Positions 39,601 through 57,230 of a stretch of 64,000 nt of DNA are shown piece by piece (within the stretch, counting starts at the first letter, position 1; each line of letters starts with the position of its first letter). The DNA lies in the NCBI GenBank assembly GCA_002245135.1, contig NGBS01001166.1:124001-188000 (forward strand), given 5' to 3'. The translations under genes were made by a program, and so were the position numbers. This DNA is from Proteromonas lacertae. Taxonomy: Eukaryota. A model generated the notes under the pieces. It did no database searches and had not been told where the DNA came from. It saw only the letters and a program-made list of their open reading frames with translations.

Positions 39601-40874
39601 TTCTAATAACTTTAGAAATTCTGTATCGAATGTATTATTGAATGATAATTCGTGGTAATCAGGGTTATATAACTCAGGATCAGCTTGTATATGAGATATT
39701 TCATTATTATTTATATCTTCCATTGGTTTTAAATGACCTAATGGTATTTGAATGATTTCAGTAGAGTTTGTCAAGCCTACTACACCATCTGTGGAGGTAA
39801 ACCCCATTAAAGTACCAGTTAAACCTGTTTTTTCTCCACTGATGATTTGTACTAACATATTATGTTTCCATTTACTACCTTCTTTTGTTTTTACTGGAGT
39901 ATTATTATTATTATTATTATTTGTTTTTTTCTTCTCTTTTTCTCCTTCTGTTAATATACTTATTGAGATTTCTTCACAACTTTTATTCTATAAATATAAT
40001 ATATATATATATGATATACTAATAATAACTGTCTATGTGAATTATGCCATGTTTTCAAATCATCCATCATCTTATTCAATAATGGTAAATCTTCTGGAGA
40101 TTTAAATTTATCTAAACTATCTTCTAATGTTGAAAATGATAAATTGCATTTCCTATTCTCCTTTAATACACCTATTATTCTAAATAACAAATGATATGAT
40201 AATCTTTGAGTAAAATGACTGTATAGTGTCTTATTTGGATGTGATGCTTGTTGTGGTATTCCTACTGTTAAGGCTGTAGATTGCACTCTTAATGGATAAC
40301 AAGGGTTGGTTATTAAATCTGATATTTCACTTAGTGTCAAGCTTGAGGTTTGAATCGTTCCAGTGGTTGTTTCTTCAGCTGCTCTTTGAATGAAGAATGA
40401 GAAACTTAATAATCTTGCTGCTGCTATTTTTAGATGGATATTACTGCTTCTTAGATAATCTAAGACTATTCTGTACAGTTCAGATATTGTTTGATATTCT
40501 TGTACTAACGATGAGATGTTTGAAGGTGATTTATCTCTGATTGTAAAATCTTCTATCAAGTCATTCCTTTCTGCTTTATAGAAAATATCTGAAATGCTAC
40601 CAATATTACAAATATAGAATAATACATGTTCATTGTTTTTACTTTATCTTCAACACTAGTAGAAGTATCAAAAGTTAAAAGCTTTTGGATATTAAAATTT
40701 ATTTCTACAAGATAAAATAAAAATGAGTAATACCATGCATATCTCTCTCTTGATCCTATAAAACATTAAAAAGCAATAATATACTTGTGTTAGATTATTG
40801 AGAAATGCATTTTCGTCATCACTATCAAAACCATCATCAAGAAGTTCAATATCACTATCTGATTCGTCTGACAT
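36120..40874 (-). CDS. DCAF1: DCAF1/VprBP-like protein (ARM region, LisH, WD40, acidic tail; multi-exon)
   Basis: LisH ELLYIIYEHLNNNGLKETAKKLIEE; RLEEVVTDYL..EH.KC.N...PKFSLL.PHKC motif; beta-propeller-like C-terminal half. Confidence 0.75.
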
Positions 40875-40930
40875 GCAAAAAATAAATTCTAGAAAATCAA
40901 GCCAAAGTTTGAATCAAATTCAAATTTAAA

Positions 40931-43640
40931 ATGTCAGATAGTAAAGAGAATGATGAAAATGACATTAGACATGCTATTTTAGATAAAGTGCAACAAGAAG
41001 AAATTAAAAATAAGATGAAAGTATTATTTTATCAGATTCAATTGAATAGGCTCAACTAAAATCTCTTGTTTGTGCACAGCTACAAGATGAGTTACATTTG
41101 CAATTACCTTATAACTCTAATAAATATATAGCGTTAGTAATAAACCTATTTCTAGAATTTAATAAGTTCTATGATTTGAAATTTACTTCAGATACTCTTG
41201 TCTGTGAAGCTAACTATAGAAAGGATGAAATGAAATTAGATGAAATATTATATGTATAATTAAATCAATAATTTACTCTAGTCTCTTAATATATCTGATG
41301 ATGACCATCCTTTCATTGTAGATTACAAAGCAAGAGGAGAACCATTAATATTCTCAATATTACGAGATATATCGGAAAGATACAAGATAGAATATAACTC
41401 AATAGAAACTCAAACAGATGAAGTAAAACCAAATACAAAAACAATAGTAATTACAGAAGAAGAAAAATTAGAAAGTGCAATAAAGTATGGAAACTATGAA
41501 AAACAATTATTAGAATTACAATATCAACAGCAAGTAAGAGAAATGGAGATAGAATTATCATATTATCAAAAGGAAGTAGAAAGATTAAAACAAAATGAAT
41601 CATCCTTAAAATCAATGTTGAAAGATACAGAAGAGAAATTTTTACATTTTAAATTAAAGACTGGTGATTTGACTGAATATAAAAGTAAGATATTAATGCA
41701 AGAAAAGAGAATAAATGATTATATTCATAGTGAAAAAGACTATCAAAATAGAATAAAAGATTATGAAAGACAGATTAAAGATTTAATATCAAAATCAAGA
41801 ATGACAATACCATCGTATTATCCACCACAACAACAGCAAAAGGCTAATACAATGTATTTGACCAATCAAATTTCTCCAGTTAATAACAATACAAATTATA
41901 ATAATATCAATAGTGGTTATGATAATTTAAGTAGATATGAAAATGAAATATTGCAGTATAAGAACAGTATATCAGAGTATCAATTAAGAATGGAAGATAA
42001 TGAGAAATTAATAGGAGAATTAAAACAATCTGAGCAGAATAATGTTATATTATTAAAGAAATATGAAATGGATATAAAAGAATTGAAGAATACTTGTACA
42101 ATTCAACATATTGATCAAATATACAAACTAAATGAAGAAATTAAACAATTAAAAACAGTAGAAACGAAATATTTATTAGAACTTAATAATTATCAAAAGG
42201 AAGTAAGTGATTTGAGAAAAGAAAATGAGAAATTATCAAAGCAATATTCAAAGGCAAAAGCAGCATTTGATAATAAGATTAAAGAATTGATTAAAAAGCT
42301 TGATGCTAGTCAAGTTTTAGTTCAATCAGATCTTATTCCTTCTTCCACATTATATAGTACAAATAATAATGATATTTATAATGTATATATATTAATTGAT
42401 TTATTAATAATAGAATCCTCATTATAACCACACTATAACAACACAATATCCACCATCGAATTACGTACCAGTTGAACCAAATCCAAATGCAACAAATGTA
42501 TATATTCATATAATTATATTTCATTGTAGTATCAATTCACTTCAACAAGAAATATCCTTCAACCTCCACCAGCTACAGTATCATCTTCATTATTTCCATT
42601 AAACACATATCAAAATACAACTCTATTGCAACCATCACTTCCACCACCACCTCAACAACAACAACAAACTCAGTTTCAATCCATTTATGATAAGAATACA
42701 AACAATCTTATGGGAAATTCAAATCAACCAACAAATGATAATTATCTCAAACAATCAAGTCTAACACAACTAGTTAGTGACAATAACAATCTCAATGAAT
42801 TAATAAGAAAGAATGAAATAATTTCATCTGTTAATAATAGAGATCTGAGAAATGAAGAAGAGAGAAAAGCACAAGAAGATTATAGACTTAATAGAATTGA
42901 TGAATTTACACAGAAAGAAGTAATGAAATTGGATAATATAACACAACAACAACATCAACCAACAACACAACAGCAATCAATACCACCACCATTTACTCAA
43001 CCAGCGGTTCAACAGCAACAATCAATACCACCACCATTTACTCAACCAGCGGTTCAACAACAACAATCAATACCACCACCTTTTACTCAACCAATTGCCA
43101 AATCAACAAGTAAATCCTGTAATAGCACAAGAAACATATCAACCACAGCCAACCATAACTCAATCAGATATTAAACCAATCATTCAACCAGCAATTAATC
43201 AACCAGTTACACAACAATTATCACCACCAGTAGAGGTAAAACAACCTTTGATTAATCAACCAACAGTAACTACAGTAGAAATAAGACAACCTTCATTAGC
43301 AATACCAAATGTTGATGAAACTGCAGCAGCAAAAGCAGCGGAAGAGGAAAGAAAAAGAAAAGAAGCAGAAGAAGAAGAAAAGAGACGAAAAGAAGCAGAA
43401 GCAGCAGAAGAAAAAAGGAAAAGAGAAGAAACTGAATTAGCTGAAAAACTGAGAAAACAAAGAGAAGAAGAAGCCTTAAGACAGAAACAAGAAGAGGAGG
43501 AAAGAAGAAGGAAAGAAGAAGAAAGGCGAAAGAAAGAGGAAGAAGATAGAAAGAAGAAAGAAGCAGTTGTTGTTTCTGATGATAATACATCATCTACTTC
43601 ATTTACAAATAGTAGTAGTTTTGATGGTGAATTAATGTAA
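40931..43640 (+). CDS. N-terminal LisH-like (FOP/OFD1-type) coiled-coil protein with P/Q-rich and charged-helix tail
   Basis: KAQLKSLV and LFLEFNKFYDLKFTSDTLVCEA segments; ORFs 41543-42427, 42626-43174 and 43095-43640. Confidence 0.55.
42966..43093 (+). repeat. Coding tandem repeat, 45 bp x ~3 (QQQSIPPPFTQPAVQ)
   Basis: caatcaataccaccacc(a/t)tttactcaacca repeated three times. Confidence 0.9.
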
Positions 43641-43756
43641 TAATAATTAGTTTCATATATAAAACTGTTTATTTAACACACAAAAAAAAGTAATTAACAA
43701 AAATGAAAATACAAATCATTTAAAGACATTTTAGATACTAACATACATATATTTCA

Positions 43757-45000
43757 CTAAATTCTAGCTGTAACAACTCCAGAGTTATGCAGTTGATAAT
43801 AACAAGGAGTTTTCTGAATTGTTAAATTAGGAATACACACTCTTCTCCTTTTAGATTTCTGTGTTACTTTCAATTCATTCACTGTATACGGTTGTGTAGT
43901 TAATGGAGGGAAGGGTGAATAAGATCGAGTATAAGATCCTCGAGGTGAAGGTATTCTAGCACTACTAGTGACTAATGTACATCTATCTGGTCGATAGAAT
44001 CTTGTTAATTGTGTTGGTGATAATGATAATGATAAATCTATTTGATTATTATTATTCTGTTGTGGTTGTGGAGAAGAAGGTGAAGGAGGTGAAGGAGGTG
44101 GTTTTATTGCTTCATTTAATTCAGAAATAGGACATTTATATGGTAATGGCGATTTTGATGGAGATAGTGTAGGACTACATCTTTGAGACTTGGGTGATTT
44201 ACGAAATGGAGTTGTTGGTGTTTGTATACGTTTTCTATTCATTCTATAAGGTGAACGTCTACCTGAAGGAGGTGCTGATTGTGGAGGATTAGGTCGAGAA
44301 AGACGTGAATTCATATTATCTGATTTACGAAGTGATTCTTTTGCTATATCTTCTATTTCCATTAATTCATCATTACATTTAGTAATATTCTTTATAAAGT
44401 CAGGTTCATGACAGATTAACTTCTTAGTGAAATTAGCTCCAGCTTGATGCATTTGTCTATCTTTTTCCTGCTCTAATTTCTCTTGATCAGCTCTCATTTC
44501 TTTTAAATAGGATGGAACAGCAAAAACATCACAAAATAAACGAAATCTATAATCATCTTCTGACCTTCTATCGGCTATATTTGACAACAACTTATATCTT
44601 CTTAATGACTCTGCAAAGGATATTAAAGAACTTAACCATTGAGTCACTTTCTGTTCATCACATAATCTGTGTAATTCTATTTATTTTTTAATTATTATGT
44701 ATATAATATACTATTTGTGGAAGATAGCATCTGTGCAAACTCATCAAAGTCAATTTCCCCACTGCCATCAGAATCCATATATTTGAACTGTTCGATTAAA
44801 CTTCTAGCATCTTGAGTCATTCCTAGCATTTTCATTGCATCTTTTAATTCTGCTAATTCGATAGTACCAGAACCATCTTCATCTAATTGTTGAAACATTC
44901 CCTTTATTTGAGCCAAGTCTCTTTCGCTGATTTTATCTGTTGAGAAAGCCGGTTTCATATGCCGAATTCTCATCCATTCTTTTGTTTGATAGGAAAGCAT
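43757..45000 (-). CDS. EF-hand (calmodulin/centrin-like) protein with Pro/Ser-rich C-terminus
   Basis: Canonical loops DEDGSGTIELAE and DSDGSGEIDFDEF; intron near 44677-44710. Confidence 0.8.
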
Positions 45001-45106
45001 AAAAATAACTGGTCAAAACATCAAACATGTGTTAGAAGTTTTACTATAAAACACAAAAAACATCATAAACAACTTATTAAAAGGACAATTTAAATATAAA
45101 TATATA

Positions 45107-45725
45107 TTAGTTTATGTATTCATATGCTGGAGGTCCTATAACTACTTTTTTCTTAACCATAGAAATACAATGAGGAAGATATTCTAAACCAAATTCAATA
45201 TCTAATAAATAATACTAAACTAATAAATACCTTCTGCTGAATTAATATAATCAGGAATAACTTCATCCAATCTGTTCAAGAAAAATGAATTTATCAAAAT
45301 ATATAGTTGTGTTAAATATGGTCTTAAGAAGTTAGTGATCATAAATAATGGTTTTGTTCCATAATATAAAAACAAATGCGACACTTTTCTACCCTACGAT
45401 TTTGAATTAAGTATGAATTATACAAAAAAAGGTGGAAAGGTTATAATTTGACATAATGTAAATAATTCAAGTGAATATTTACCAAAATAGTCACAAATAG
45501 CATAGGTAAAGCCATAAATTGACCTAAATTTAAAATAAAGATAAAAAATTACCAATATAAAATCCATCTATTTTGACCTTTTATATCATCATTCTGTAAT
45601 GCTTTAAGAGTACAATAAACTGAATATAAGGTAGTTAGAAGGCTATTAATGAGTTATAATACATCATCATATATATACCAAAAGATTGAATATAAAATAA
45701 TAGTAAAACTAAATCTATCATCCAT
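45107..45725 (-). CDS. Small unknown membrane protein (multi-exon)
   Basis: MDDRFSFTIILYSIFW... through short introns to ...GPPAYEYIN-stop; absent from the ORF track because the exons are short. Confidence 0.45.
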
Positions 45726-45821
45726 TAAAAAAGCAAAAATATAAAAATAGACTTGATTTTGGTTTGTTGGTAAAAGGTAATTGTTAATGTAATTGACATT
45801 TTGAATCTTTTCATTTCAAAT

Positions 45822-47133
45822 ATGTCATTTGAGAAGTTAAATATAGTGCCACTAATTTTTTATATTGGTATATTATGCGCAGTATCTCTGGGATTTGCTT
45901 GCTATGCGAAAAAAGTCAAATCAGTTGCGAATAAACGAACATACACATTATTTTCTATTGCTGCACTATGGTTCGCTGTTAGTGTATCGATGACGATGTT
46001 TAACAAATACTTGTTTTCATTCGCGAATGGACATGGTTTTCGCTACCCGTTCTTAGTCACATCAGCACAGGTATATTTTATGCATTATGTTTTATAAAAA
46101 TAATAGATGCTAATCAAGTTAATTCTCTCCACATTTACTACATCAGTATGTACCCAAGATAATCCACAGAATCTATCAAATTATGTAATAATACGTCAGA
46201 CAATACCAGTAGGAATATGTACAGTTATTGATATTGCACTAAGTTCTCTAGGATTGGAATACGTAACAGCTAGTACATATACAATATTAAGATCAGGTGG
46301 TATAATATGGGTATTAGCAATATCAGTATTAATGGGGCTACAGGAGTTTCATTGGTCTTTATTGTTAATCATCCTCTTCATATGTGTAGGTATAATGTTA
46401 TCAAGTTATGGAGGAATAACATTCCATATGTTTGGTGTAGTAGTAGTAATTGGATCTACAATAGCTATGGCATTAAGGTGGTGTATGACACAGTATCTGT
46501 TACAAGGGCAATATAAATTATCACCAATGGTTACGTTGAAATATACTGCATTTAGTGGATTACTGTTCTTTTTACCAATTTCTATATATTATGAAGGAAA
46601 TCAGTTTGTTGAAAGAGAATTAAAGAGTATATTTATTTTATATATTATGTATATAGAATTATCATCACTATCACAACCACCATTTGAGTGGAATGAATTT
46701 AATCCTGAAGATATTGGTAATTTGTTGTTACCATTTATGTTTGTATTGATTGTTGGAGTGTTTGCATTTTTATTATTGAATTTAGAGTATCATTTCGTAC
46801 AGAAGTCCTCTTCATTAACATTAACAGTAGTTGGTCATTTTAAAGATATATTACAGATATTATTATCTGTATTAATATTCAATGATACATTGTCTATCAT
46901 TAATTACATTGGAATAACAATAGCGTTTGGAAGTATTATATCTTACAGATTAGTTTCATCTTCACTATCTGTAAAAAAGAAAATAGAACAAAGTATATAT
47001 AATATATTCATATAATATTTATTATTTATTAGTCTCTGAACGTACATTAGGATATTTACCTCTGAGTGTTCGAACTCCAAGAGAAATTGGAGGAACACCA
47101 AGAGATAGTAGAGAATCATTAAGAGTACTGTAA
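45822..47133 (+). CDS. Nucleotide-sugar / triose-phosphate transporter family (SLC35C2-like)
   Basis: FNKYLF..GFRYPFLVT, DIALSSLGL, ALRWCMTQYLLQ and SSSLTLTVVGHFK motifs. Confidence 0.88.
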
Positions 47134-47250
47134 AATATATAACTTTATCCTTTAATTTTATTAATTAGTTCAGTGATTTATAATATATACAGTTGTTGTA
47201 TTATTAGAGGTGTACATAAAAACTATTTTAATAAATATATTTATTATTAA

Positions 47251-48314
47251 CTATTTTCCCATAAAATTACCTTTAATATCAATCTGTATTTCATCACCAG
47301 CTTCAACATCAAGATCTTCTGGAGTACTACTTAAATCTATTTTCTCTCCATCAAATATCATCTTTTCAACAACATAAGACCTTGTTTCTAATAAATACTT
47401 CACAATTCTATCAAATGTTCCATCTGGAGGTAATGAAACAGGAATTGTTTCTTTTTGGCCTAATAACTTCAAATTAATAGAAACTTTTGATTTATTTTCT
47501 TCATCTTTCTTTTCTTCATCATCTTTCATTTCATCAAAATCATTACTATTCTTATCATCTCTTCTTCCTTCAACTTCTTTTGTAGCTCTAATTGTGATTG
47601 AATCTCCACTTAATAATACAAGATCTTTAGTGGTTGTGGTGGGTAAAATTCGTTCTTTATTTGTATATAGACATTTAAATTCATATTTCTTTCTATCTAA
47701 AAATGCAAAGACTTTATCAAAACAGTCATTTTCATTAATTGTCACTTTTTCTTTTTTATCATCTATTTCTATTGTTATAAATATTTTATTCTATTCAGAC
47801 AAGTATAAAAATGTTATAACATATACACATTCATTTACTTCTGCTATATCTTCATCATCTTCATCTAGATTTGGTGGTTTTATTACTTTATTTCTATATA
47901 ATGATATTTTATTTTAATATATACATATCTATATTGTCTAATATTGATGTCTTTTTCAGTCTAGGTAATTCTATTTCTTCTAAAGGAGCTGGATGAATAT
48001 CTTTTAGACTTTTCCAATCTATTGAATTTAATAAACTATATAATCTCATACTATCATCATTATTATTAAATTCAACTACCTCTATATCATCCTCTTCATT
48101 ATTATCTTCTTTTGCTCTTTTACTTGTTCTTTTGTATGAGCCTTCATTTGTTTTTCTTTTTTTACCTGCATCATTATTTTTAGCTATATCCTTCATAGAG
48201 TTTTGTCTCTTTCTTTCTTTCAATTGTTTCAATTCTAATATAAATGGCAAATAATAAAATACTTAGTTCTAGCATTTCTTTTTCATAATTATTCAAAGAT
48301 ATTTCTTCACTCAT
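47251..48314 (-). CDS. Protein with two C-terminal SUMO/ubiquitin-like domains (Rad60/Esc2/NIP45-like)
   Basis: FDGEKIDLSSTPEDLDVEAGDEIQID, plus a preceding Ubl-like segment; disordered charged N-terminus. Confidence 0.7.
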
Positions 48315-48393
48315 TAACTCAATATAATACAAAATAAATATATATAGGTTTGATTATTATCAAGCTTTTGGTTTTTTAAATTTTGAATTTCTT

Positions 48394-50686
48394 ATGGACT
48401 TCTTACAAAAAGTGAAATCAACTTATAGAGTTTTGTCTAAAATAACCCCATCTACCCATTATAAATGGTTGGTTTACCAGTATATATTTTATTCTAGTTA
48501 TTTATTGATAGAAGAAGGAGTTATTGCAAAGCATTCACAAAGAAATTTCCAAGAAAAGACATTCATATCATATATGACAAATTATACACTACAAGATGGC
48601 AAATTCAAACAAGTCTCCTTCCCTTATTCATTGGACAGTGTAAAAATTATTTCACCATCACCATCAGGCAATTTAATTGCACTTGTAAAATCTAAAAAAG
48701 GAGATAATAATGTATTTTGAATTAATGCAATTGTAATAGGAAGCAGATGATGTAATTGAAATATGGGATCATGGTAGTCTTCGTAATTCCATTAGTACCA
48801 AAACTACCAACCAGCAAATCATCACTGATCCAACATTCAAAACATTTGAATGGTCAAAAGATGAAACAAAAATCTTATACGTCGCTGAACCAAAACATCC
48901 TAAATCATCCGGATACTTAGATCCAATCGATGACAAGAATCGACCAGATTCAGTAGGTGAAGAATTCAAGTATCGTGAAGAGTGGGGTGAACAATTAGTT
49001 GGAATAAGTATACCACGTCCATTTCTATTAAATCTAACACCAGATCCACCAGTAATTAGAGTATATTTTATAGAAATATTATATATAGGCAATCAAAGGT
49101 ATTAATGATGAAATATCAGTTGGTCAAGCTTCTTTCACCTCTGATTATAATCATATTGTATTCGTAGGATATCATCATAAACCACGCCGTTATGGCTTAA
49201 AACATTGTTGTAATCGTTATTCATCTTTATATGTAATGGATATTACTGAAAATAAAATTAAAAAAGAAAAAAGCACCAGTGAAGATGATGAAACAATGGA
49301 TATTGGACATGAACCAGAATTATTATTATCGACCAACGAAAAGTTTGTCCATTTCCCCCAATTTAGTCCTGATAAATCACTATTAGCCTACTTTACACAT
49401 GATTATTGTATTGCTCATCAAACTGCATTTAAATTGAACATAATGGATTGGAAGACTAAATCAACTAAAACAATAGTCAATGTAGTTGATAAACCAAAAT
49501 CAGTGGATGAATTTCCTGGTTTATATTTATGCGCTTATTTACCAAATCAAATATTTACATCTGATAATAAATATATTATATTAAATTCACAATGGAGATC
49601 ATCTTATGATATGATTAGAATAGATACAACAACAGGTGAAATTAAGAATATATCTACACATAATCAAGAGAATTGTACTGTTTTGTCTATTGATAATGAT
49701 CCAATGAATGGTTCTAATAGAATATTAGTAAATATTAGTGAACCACATCATCCACCATATTTACAAATTAGAAATATTAATGGAGAAATATTATACAACA
49801 TGTATCAGGAAATACAACCATCAGAATGTAAAGAAATATTAAATTCATTTGATTATGAAGTATTACAAGTAAATCCGAGAGAATCATCTGATTTTAGTGA
49901 ACAGTATGAATGTACATTATTTACGCCTAAGAATGTTAACAATACTCCATTATTAGTATTACCTCATGGTGGTCCAAACAGTAGTAATTGTATTGGATAT
50001 TCATTTCTATTACCACAATGGATACAAATGGGATATAGTGTATTAACTGTCAATTATCGTGGTTCTATTGGTTTTGGGAATTATTTATTGAATTCACTTC
50101 AAGGAAATATTGGAACGAAAGATGTACATGATATTGAAGATGCTGTAGCATTAGTAATAAATAGAGAAAACTCAGTTATTGATAAATCAAAATTGTTAAT
50201 TTGTGGAGGAAGTCATGGTGGATTTTTGGCAGGTCATTTAATAGGACAACAGCCTGATATGTTTAAAGCAGCTGTATTAGAATGTGCAGTATTGAATATC
50301 GCATCAATGGTTTCCACCTCAGATATTATTGATTGGTGTGTTGGACAAGCTACTGGTGATTATAAATTAGATCATTTAAGAGGATATACTGGTGAAGAGT
50401 ATGAAATTATGAGAAAATGCAGCCCTATTGCTTATATTGAGAATGTTAAAACACCTGCATTGATTTTATCAGGTATGGTTGATCAAAGAGTGCCATATAC
50501 AAATGTTTTGGAGTATTTTAATATTTTGAGAAATCGTGGTGTTGATACAGAGTATATTCGTTTTTATATGTTTATTGTTTTTATAGATTCTACTTATATC
50601 CAAAAGATTGTCATAATCTTGATGATTTTGGAACATCTATTGATTGTTTCTTCCACATTGCCGAGTGGTTTAACAAATACATTTAA
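48394..50686 (+). CDS. APEH: Acylamino-acid-releasing enzyme (S9 serine peptidase)
   Basis: HGGP, VNYRGSIGFG, nucleophile motif GGSHGG and DQRVP; last exon YLYPKDCHNL...WFNKYI-stop. Confidence 0.9.
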
Positions 50687-50777
50687 TTGTTTTTGTTTTA
50701 TATTATTTATTATGTTTGTTTTAAATTATTTAAAACCCAAATAAATAAAAAATGAGATTATAATCAAGAAGGTTAAT

Positions 50778-53680
<2,903 letters not shown>

Positions 53681-53874
53681 ACAACTGAATAAATTATATT
53701 ATGATAGATATATATAAATATTTTTTTATGATTTGGTTTAAATAGAAATTAATTAAAACAAATTGAATATAATACTATTTATGTTTAATAACAATAAAAA
53801 GATATAAATAATGAAAATGAAAAAGTCGAGCCAGATTTGAGCAAACGTAACTTGTATTTTTTATTTTTGAGTAA

Positions 53875-55074
53875 ATGAAGAGACTAGTGGTGTTTATATT
53901 ATGCTCTATAATCTTAATTACATATGCCTGTCAGAATATGTGTAATGGACATGGAGATTGTGCTAAAAAAGACAAATGTGAGTGTTATCCTGGTTGGGGA
54001 GGTGCTGATTGTTCACTAAGTATTTATTAAATTCATATACATTTTTTAGGAGCTTGTCCATACGATGTTGCATTTATCGATGCTAATCTTGGTGATCTTA
54101 ACCATAATGGTAAATTGGATGATGAAAAAACATATATAAAAACAGAATGGTATCCACAATCAGGTATACCAGAACAACCACCAGCTTCTCACTGGTATGC
54201 AGAATGTTCAGGTGTAGGTAATTGTAATAGAGAATCTGGTGAATGTGAATGTTATCCAGGTTATACTGGTTCAGCTTGTCAAAGAACTGCTTGTCCAACT
54301 AAAGTAGAAGGTGAACAATGTTCAGGAAATGGAGTATGTATCTCATCAGAACGTCGTTTAGCAGAATCACATAATCCATACGCTAGCTGGGAAACACCAA
54401 AAATGTATTCTTGCAAATGTGATAGTGGATATGAAGGAATTGCTTGTGATAAAATACAATGTCCAGTTGGAGCAGATCCATTATTGTCTGATCAATTAAA
54501 TATGACAATAAATTATATATTAGGTGAAAATAGTGATAAACCAACTTGTGATTGGTATTCAATTCGTTATACTTATGATGGATTAACATATGAAACAACT
54601 CAAATCAGAGCAAGAGGAACAAATGCATTAAAAAAGAAAGAACAAATCCCACCAGATGAAGATTATTCAAGAGAATATTCTGCTGAAATTGCTCAAGCTA
54701 TTCACGATAGTATTCCACCATTAACATCAGCAAGAGTTGGTATAGAACTATCAGGTGCTAATTATCAAGTAGTCATTCAAACAAATAACTTAGATATTGA
54801 AAAATTCAAATTATCAAAAGTAGAGATTACAGGAGAATGTGCTGCAGCTAGTGGAATATTTGCATCTTCAGGAACACAATACACATGTTCAAAGAGAGGA
54901 AATTGTGATTATTCAACTGGATTATGTAAATGTTTTAAAGGTTTTACAGGATCAGCTTGTGATAGATTTATTACATCTCAATTACCAACAACAAACACAA
55001 ATTCTAATACTAACACAACTATAACTCCAACTTCAACAACTGATATTAAAGTTGATGTAACTACATCTTCATAA
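53875..55074 (+). CDS. Secreted EGF-repeat protein of the stramenopile tubular mastigoneme (OCM/Sig-like) type
   Basis: Signal peptide; [10 protein letters not shown]...[37 protein letters not shown]-terminal [22 protein letters not shown]. Confidence 0.72.
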
Positions 55075-55174
55075 TTTCATTATATATTTTATTATTATTT
55101 TATTCTGTTTATATTCTTTTACATTTATATTTTCCAATAAACAATTTATATTAACTATATTTAAATACAAAAAT

Positions 55175-56152
55175 TTAAGCAATAAAGATTATCAAAAACA
55201 ATATAAATATTACCAATACCATAAATAACTTTATCACTAATGATTTGTTATTTCTAATGCTATCTGCATAATCCAACAACTTAGTATAACCTGCAGACAC
55301 ACGTTCTTCTGCTTCAGATACTGTATCATCAATATAAATAATCTGTTCTCCTTGTAAAGCAGTAACATTAGCCAATCTTGAAAATAGTTGTGATACTTCT
55401 TCCATTTGATGTTGGATATTCATCATAGCTTGAGCTCTTTGTTGTGCATAAGTTGGTCTTGCTAAAGTTGGACTAGCTAATACTACACCTTGATCTGGTG
55501 ATATTACTGGAGCTGATGGAGATCCCACAGGACGAGGTAAACCATCGCTTTTTGGAGTTGATGTTGATGATGGTGATTCTTTATGTCTTGAACTATAAGT
55601 GACTGGTTTTGATAATTCTGGTAATTTTGTTCCAAACTTGGCTTTCTTATCTTGTGTATCTGCTAAATTATCATGACGTATTTGTAATGCATTTTGCAAT
55701 TCGGCTGTCTTTACTTTCAATGATGATTGTAATCTTGATATTATTATTTGATTATTTTCGATTGCTTGAGACCCACTATCTTTCTTTGCAGATAATGATT
55801 GTTCTAATTTCTCCAAATCACGAGTAATTGATATTATTTCTTCTTTCACACTGCTTGATAGATGTGAAATTTCTTCTTCTGGATCATCAAACATAGCTTT
55901 CTTTTTTGCCACTATGAAATATAACAGAGTTTATGGAATACACCTAGTTAATTGTTGAAGCTTTGTAGTGGTTGTAGAAATATGCCTAGCTACTTGTGAA
56001 GCTAACAATGAAAATTCTGAAGGTCTCATTGGCTGACGAATATCCTAAATATATAATATCACGAACATTTGTACTAATAACCCCCTTTCTTCCTCTTTAC
56101 ATAAGGTTTTTGCAAAATCATAAAAATCTTTTGTTCTGTTTACCGATACCAT
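55175..56152 (-). CDS. STX5: Syntaxin-5/Sed5-like Qa-SNARE
   Basis: N-peptide NRTKDF; AKKKAMFDD; SNARE motif with QGE; C-terminal TM helix. Confidence 0.88.
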
Positions 56153-56277
56153 TCCCTTATCCTACTTAAAAAGAGAAAAGAAGTTAAAACAATTCAGTCA
56201 AAATAGATTCTAAAGTAGCATTTATTTGTAATATAATTATGTAAATTCTATATTGCATAATCAAATCCGTTGCTAAA

Positions 56278-57112
56278 ATGACTTTTTTAAGCTATATAGT
56301 GGTTATCATATGTATATAAAAATATAATTAATTCATTAAAGGCTTTTTACATCCAATATGGTCTTGTTACATTCAAGGAAAGGATGGTGGAGTTTGTGTT
56401 AATCCTTCTGAATATCGTGATGATTTTTTCGGAATTTGTAGTGGTTTAATCACTTACAGGACATGTGTACCAAAGACTGTATATAAATGAAGAGATATTT
56501 TTTAGGCAAGTTATACAAACCCTAACTTGACGGTTGCAAACAAAGTTAGATGGATAGAAAATACATATAGAGAGGTTGTAGACAATCAAATTGCATTGGA
56601 ACAGAATAAAACTTATAGACAAAATAGTATTTTTCATTTTCATTTCATTTTAATTAATAGTTGATGAAGTACATATTAGATTTTATCATAATAAAGATGT
56701 ATAGCAATTATAATTATAAATTTTTATAAAATAGTGTCAAAAAGCATACTTGAATTACATTTGTTGGTCTAATTTCCCTCGTTGTGATGAAGAAGATCGT
56801 AGTCTAATGTTATGTAGATCTGTCTGTGAAAATTACGCTAAAGCATGCAAATTAACAAATGATTTAAAAAGATGTGGTCCAACTGAGTATCAGAATGGCT
56901 ATGATCCAGAAAAAGCAGAATATACAGATGTAAAGGGATATACGAAGTTTTATAGAGATTTTTTCCCAGGCCAACCCTTTAGAGATGGTGAATTTGATGG
57001 AAGAAAACCATTACCTGTCTGTACACCTAGTATTCTTAATGATTCACTTGTATTCTCGCCATCATTTATTATACTCATTGTATCTATATTTCTAACAATC
57101 TTACTCGTCTAA
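56278..57112 (+). CDS. Secreted/anchored cysteine-rich (Frizzled-CRD-like) protein
   Basis: CQKAYLNYICWSNFPRC...LCRSVCENYAKAC pattern; hydrophobic N- and C-termini. Confidence 0.6.
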
Positions 57113-57230
57113 TAATACTATAATTTAAGAATTATATTTTATATTACACCACTGTTGTTTGGAATTATTTAAATATATCAAATTAACAAAAATATAACAA
57201 TATTACAAGGAAAGATTTTAATCTTAAAAA

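Noticed and set aside
50684..50725. TGTTTGTT downstream of APEH as a Blastocystis-type signal for polyadenylation-created stop codons
   Set aside because: The gene already has an encoded TAA after splicing; I found no gene here that clearly lacks a stop
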